In this document: piece by piece, positions 63,247-64,000 of the stretch
How positions within the stretch are numbered: position 1 is the first letter of the stretch
Layout: the number at the start of each line of letters is the position of its first letter
Virus record (IMG/VR): IMGVR_UViG_3300021960_000038
Strand: one strand, 5' to 3'
Origin: an uncultured virus (IMG/VR IMGVR_UViG_3300021960_000038)
Lineage: Duplodnaviria > Heunggongvirae > Uroviricota > Caudoviricetes
DNA length: 64,000 bases
The notes under the pieces: generated by a model
Told to the model about the DNA's origin: nothing
Seen by the model: the letters and a program-made list of their open reading frames with translations, nothing else
The model's database searches: none
Program-made: the position numbers and the translations under genes

Positions 63247-63779
63247 AAAAGTTCCTTTTGATTAGGATCATAATCAGGATCAAGCATAGACTTGATTTGA
63301 TCAATGGTGGATTTAGAATCTCCCGAGATATGTAAGATTCCTAACCCACCGACATCGGTAAATGATTTGATGTTTGATTTCCTGTCATCAACTAACAGAT
63401 ATCCAGGTTGAGCAAATCCTCTTTTAGATCCACCCTTTTCTACGCAGTTAACAATCATGTTCGGATCAACCCATTCGTCAATCCATTCTCTTTTGTCTTT
63501 AACCACGATCTCTCTATTGATAGAACCTGTTGCTGTTAATATCTCAGTTCGGATACCATGACTATCTTTAAGTGATCTGCAGAACTGCACCAATTCAAAC
63601 ATATCTGGATAAACATCCAAATGTCTGAATAATCTATGAGAAGTCAGTTTTTCTTTTTGAGCATCATATGCCAAATGACCTTGATGGTCATTTTCTATTA
63701 CTACTGAAAGCATGTTCTCGACTCCAGATTTGAAGTCAGCGAGTACTCCATCCATATCTAAGTAGATAACTTTAATCAT
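63243..63779 (-). CDS. HAD-family 5'(3')-deoxyribonucleotidase-like protein
   Basis: IYLDMDGVLADF; ILTA; K..W; LVDDR..NI..F...GG.GI. Confidence 0.88.
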   Translation of the reverse strand: MIKVIYLDMDGVLADFKSGVENMLSVVIENDHQGHLAYDAQKEKLTSHRLFRHLDVYPDMFELVQFCRSLKDSHGIRTEILTATGSINREIVVKDKREWIDEWVDPNMIVNCVEKGGSKRGFAQPGYLLVDDRKSNIKSFTDVGGLGILHISGDSKSTIDQIKSMLDPDYDPNQKELF

Positions 63780-63970
63780 AAGACCATGATACCTAAGTCA
63801 AACATAATGACTGCTAGTAAGAAACCTGATGCAAACAAGTAAATGCCAAAGGCAATTTGTAGCATCTTATTGGTTTTATTGATCTCACTATCAATCGCTC
63901 TCAACTTTTTGATAGTCTTATCAAAGTAGTCTTGGTTTAATTTTGTTATTTCAATTTCTTTCATTTTCAC
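63776..63970 (-). CDS. Small membrane protein
   Basis: AGGAG RBS; C-terminal hydrophobic helix. Confidence 0.55.
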   Translation of the reverse strand: MKMKEIEITKLNQDYFDKTIKKLRAIDSEINKTNKMLQIAFGIYLFASGFLLAVIMFDLGIMVL

Positions 63971-64000
63971 TCCTACATAATAAATTAAAAAAGGGTGTGA

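Noticed and set aside
1..64000. Alternative genetic code, introns or inteins
   Set aside because: Core genes (gp6, gp8, gp32, rnh) are full length in the standard code, with TAA, TAG and TGA all used as stops; no splicing-element motifs were noticed.

Overview
A 64-kb fragment of a large AT-rich T4-like myovirus, with a gene set typical of uncultured marine T4-like phages. Its ribosomal protein bS21 resembles the gammaproteobacterial type. Bases 1-40100 carry the fibre/baseplate module: several Gly/Ser/Thr-rich fibres, a VrlC/DUF4815-like protein, gp8, gp7, gp6, gp25, gp5, a gp27-like hub, gp53, gp48, gp4, gp2, gp54, gp26/gp51 and a tape-measure protein. An early-gene island interrupts this module at about 32-35.4 kb. 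Bases 40100-64000 carry bS21, gp32, gp59, gp33, an exonuclease, RNase H, a SleB-like hydrolase, a HAD nucleotidase and many tailoring enzymes (2OG-Fe(II) oxygenases, TauD, cupins, SDRs, sulfotransferases, Rieske-less oxygenase domains). T4-type late promoters (TATAAATA) and a repeated 31-bp early-type promoter are visible. The top signal is the 472-aa protein at 8309-9727, whose two low-complexity arms are complementary residue by residue in an antiparallel register (i+j=436): Arg faces Gln, Tyr/Phe face Gly/Ala, and Pro occupies only the alternate positions. This suggests a ~115-residue beta-ribbon with a nested side hairpin and a tip domain. It is encoded between a fibre gene and a radical SAM/SPASM-SDR-cupin cassette. 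Other signals are a likely -1 frameshift fusing gp26 to gp51, a structured RNA with a duplicated internal-loop module upstream of bS21, and a 14-nt perfect complement of the 16S 3' end. All family assignments come from motif recognition by eye; no database search was run. No tRNA, rRNA, CRISPR array or mobile element was seen.
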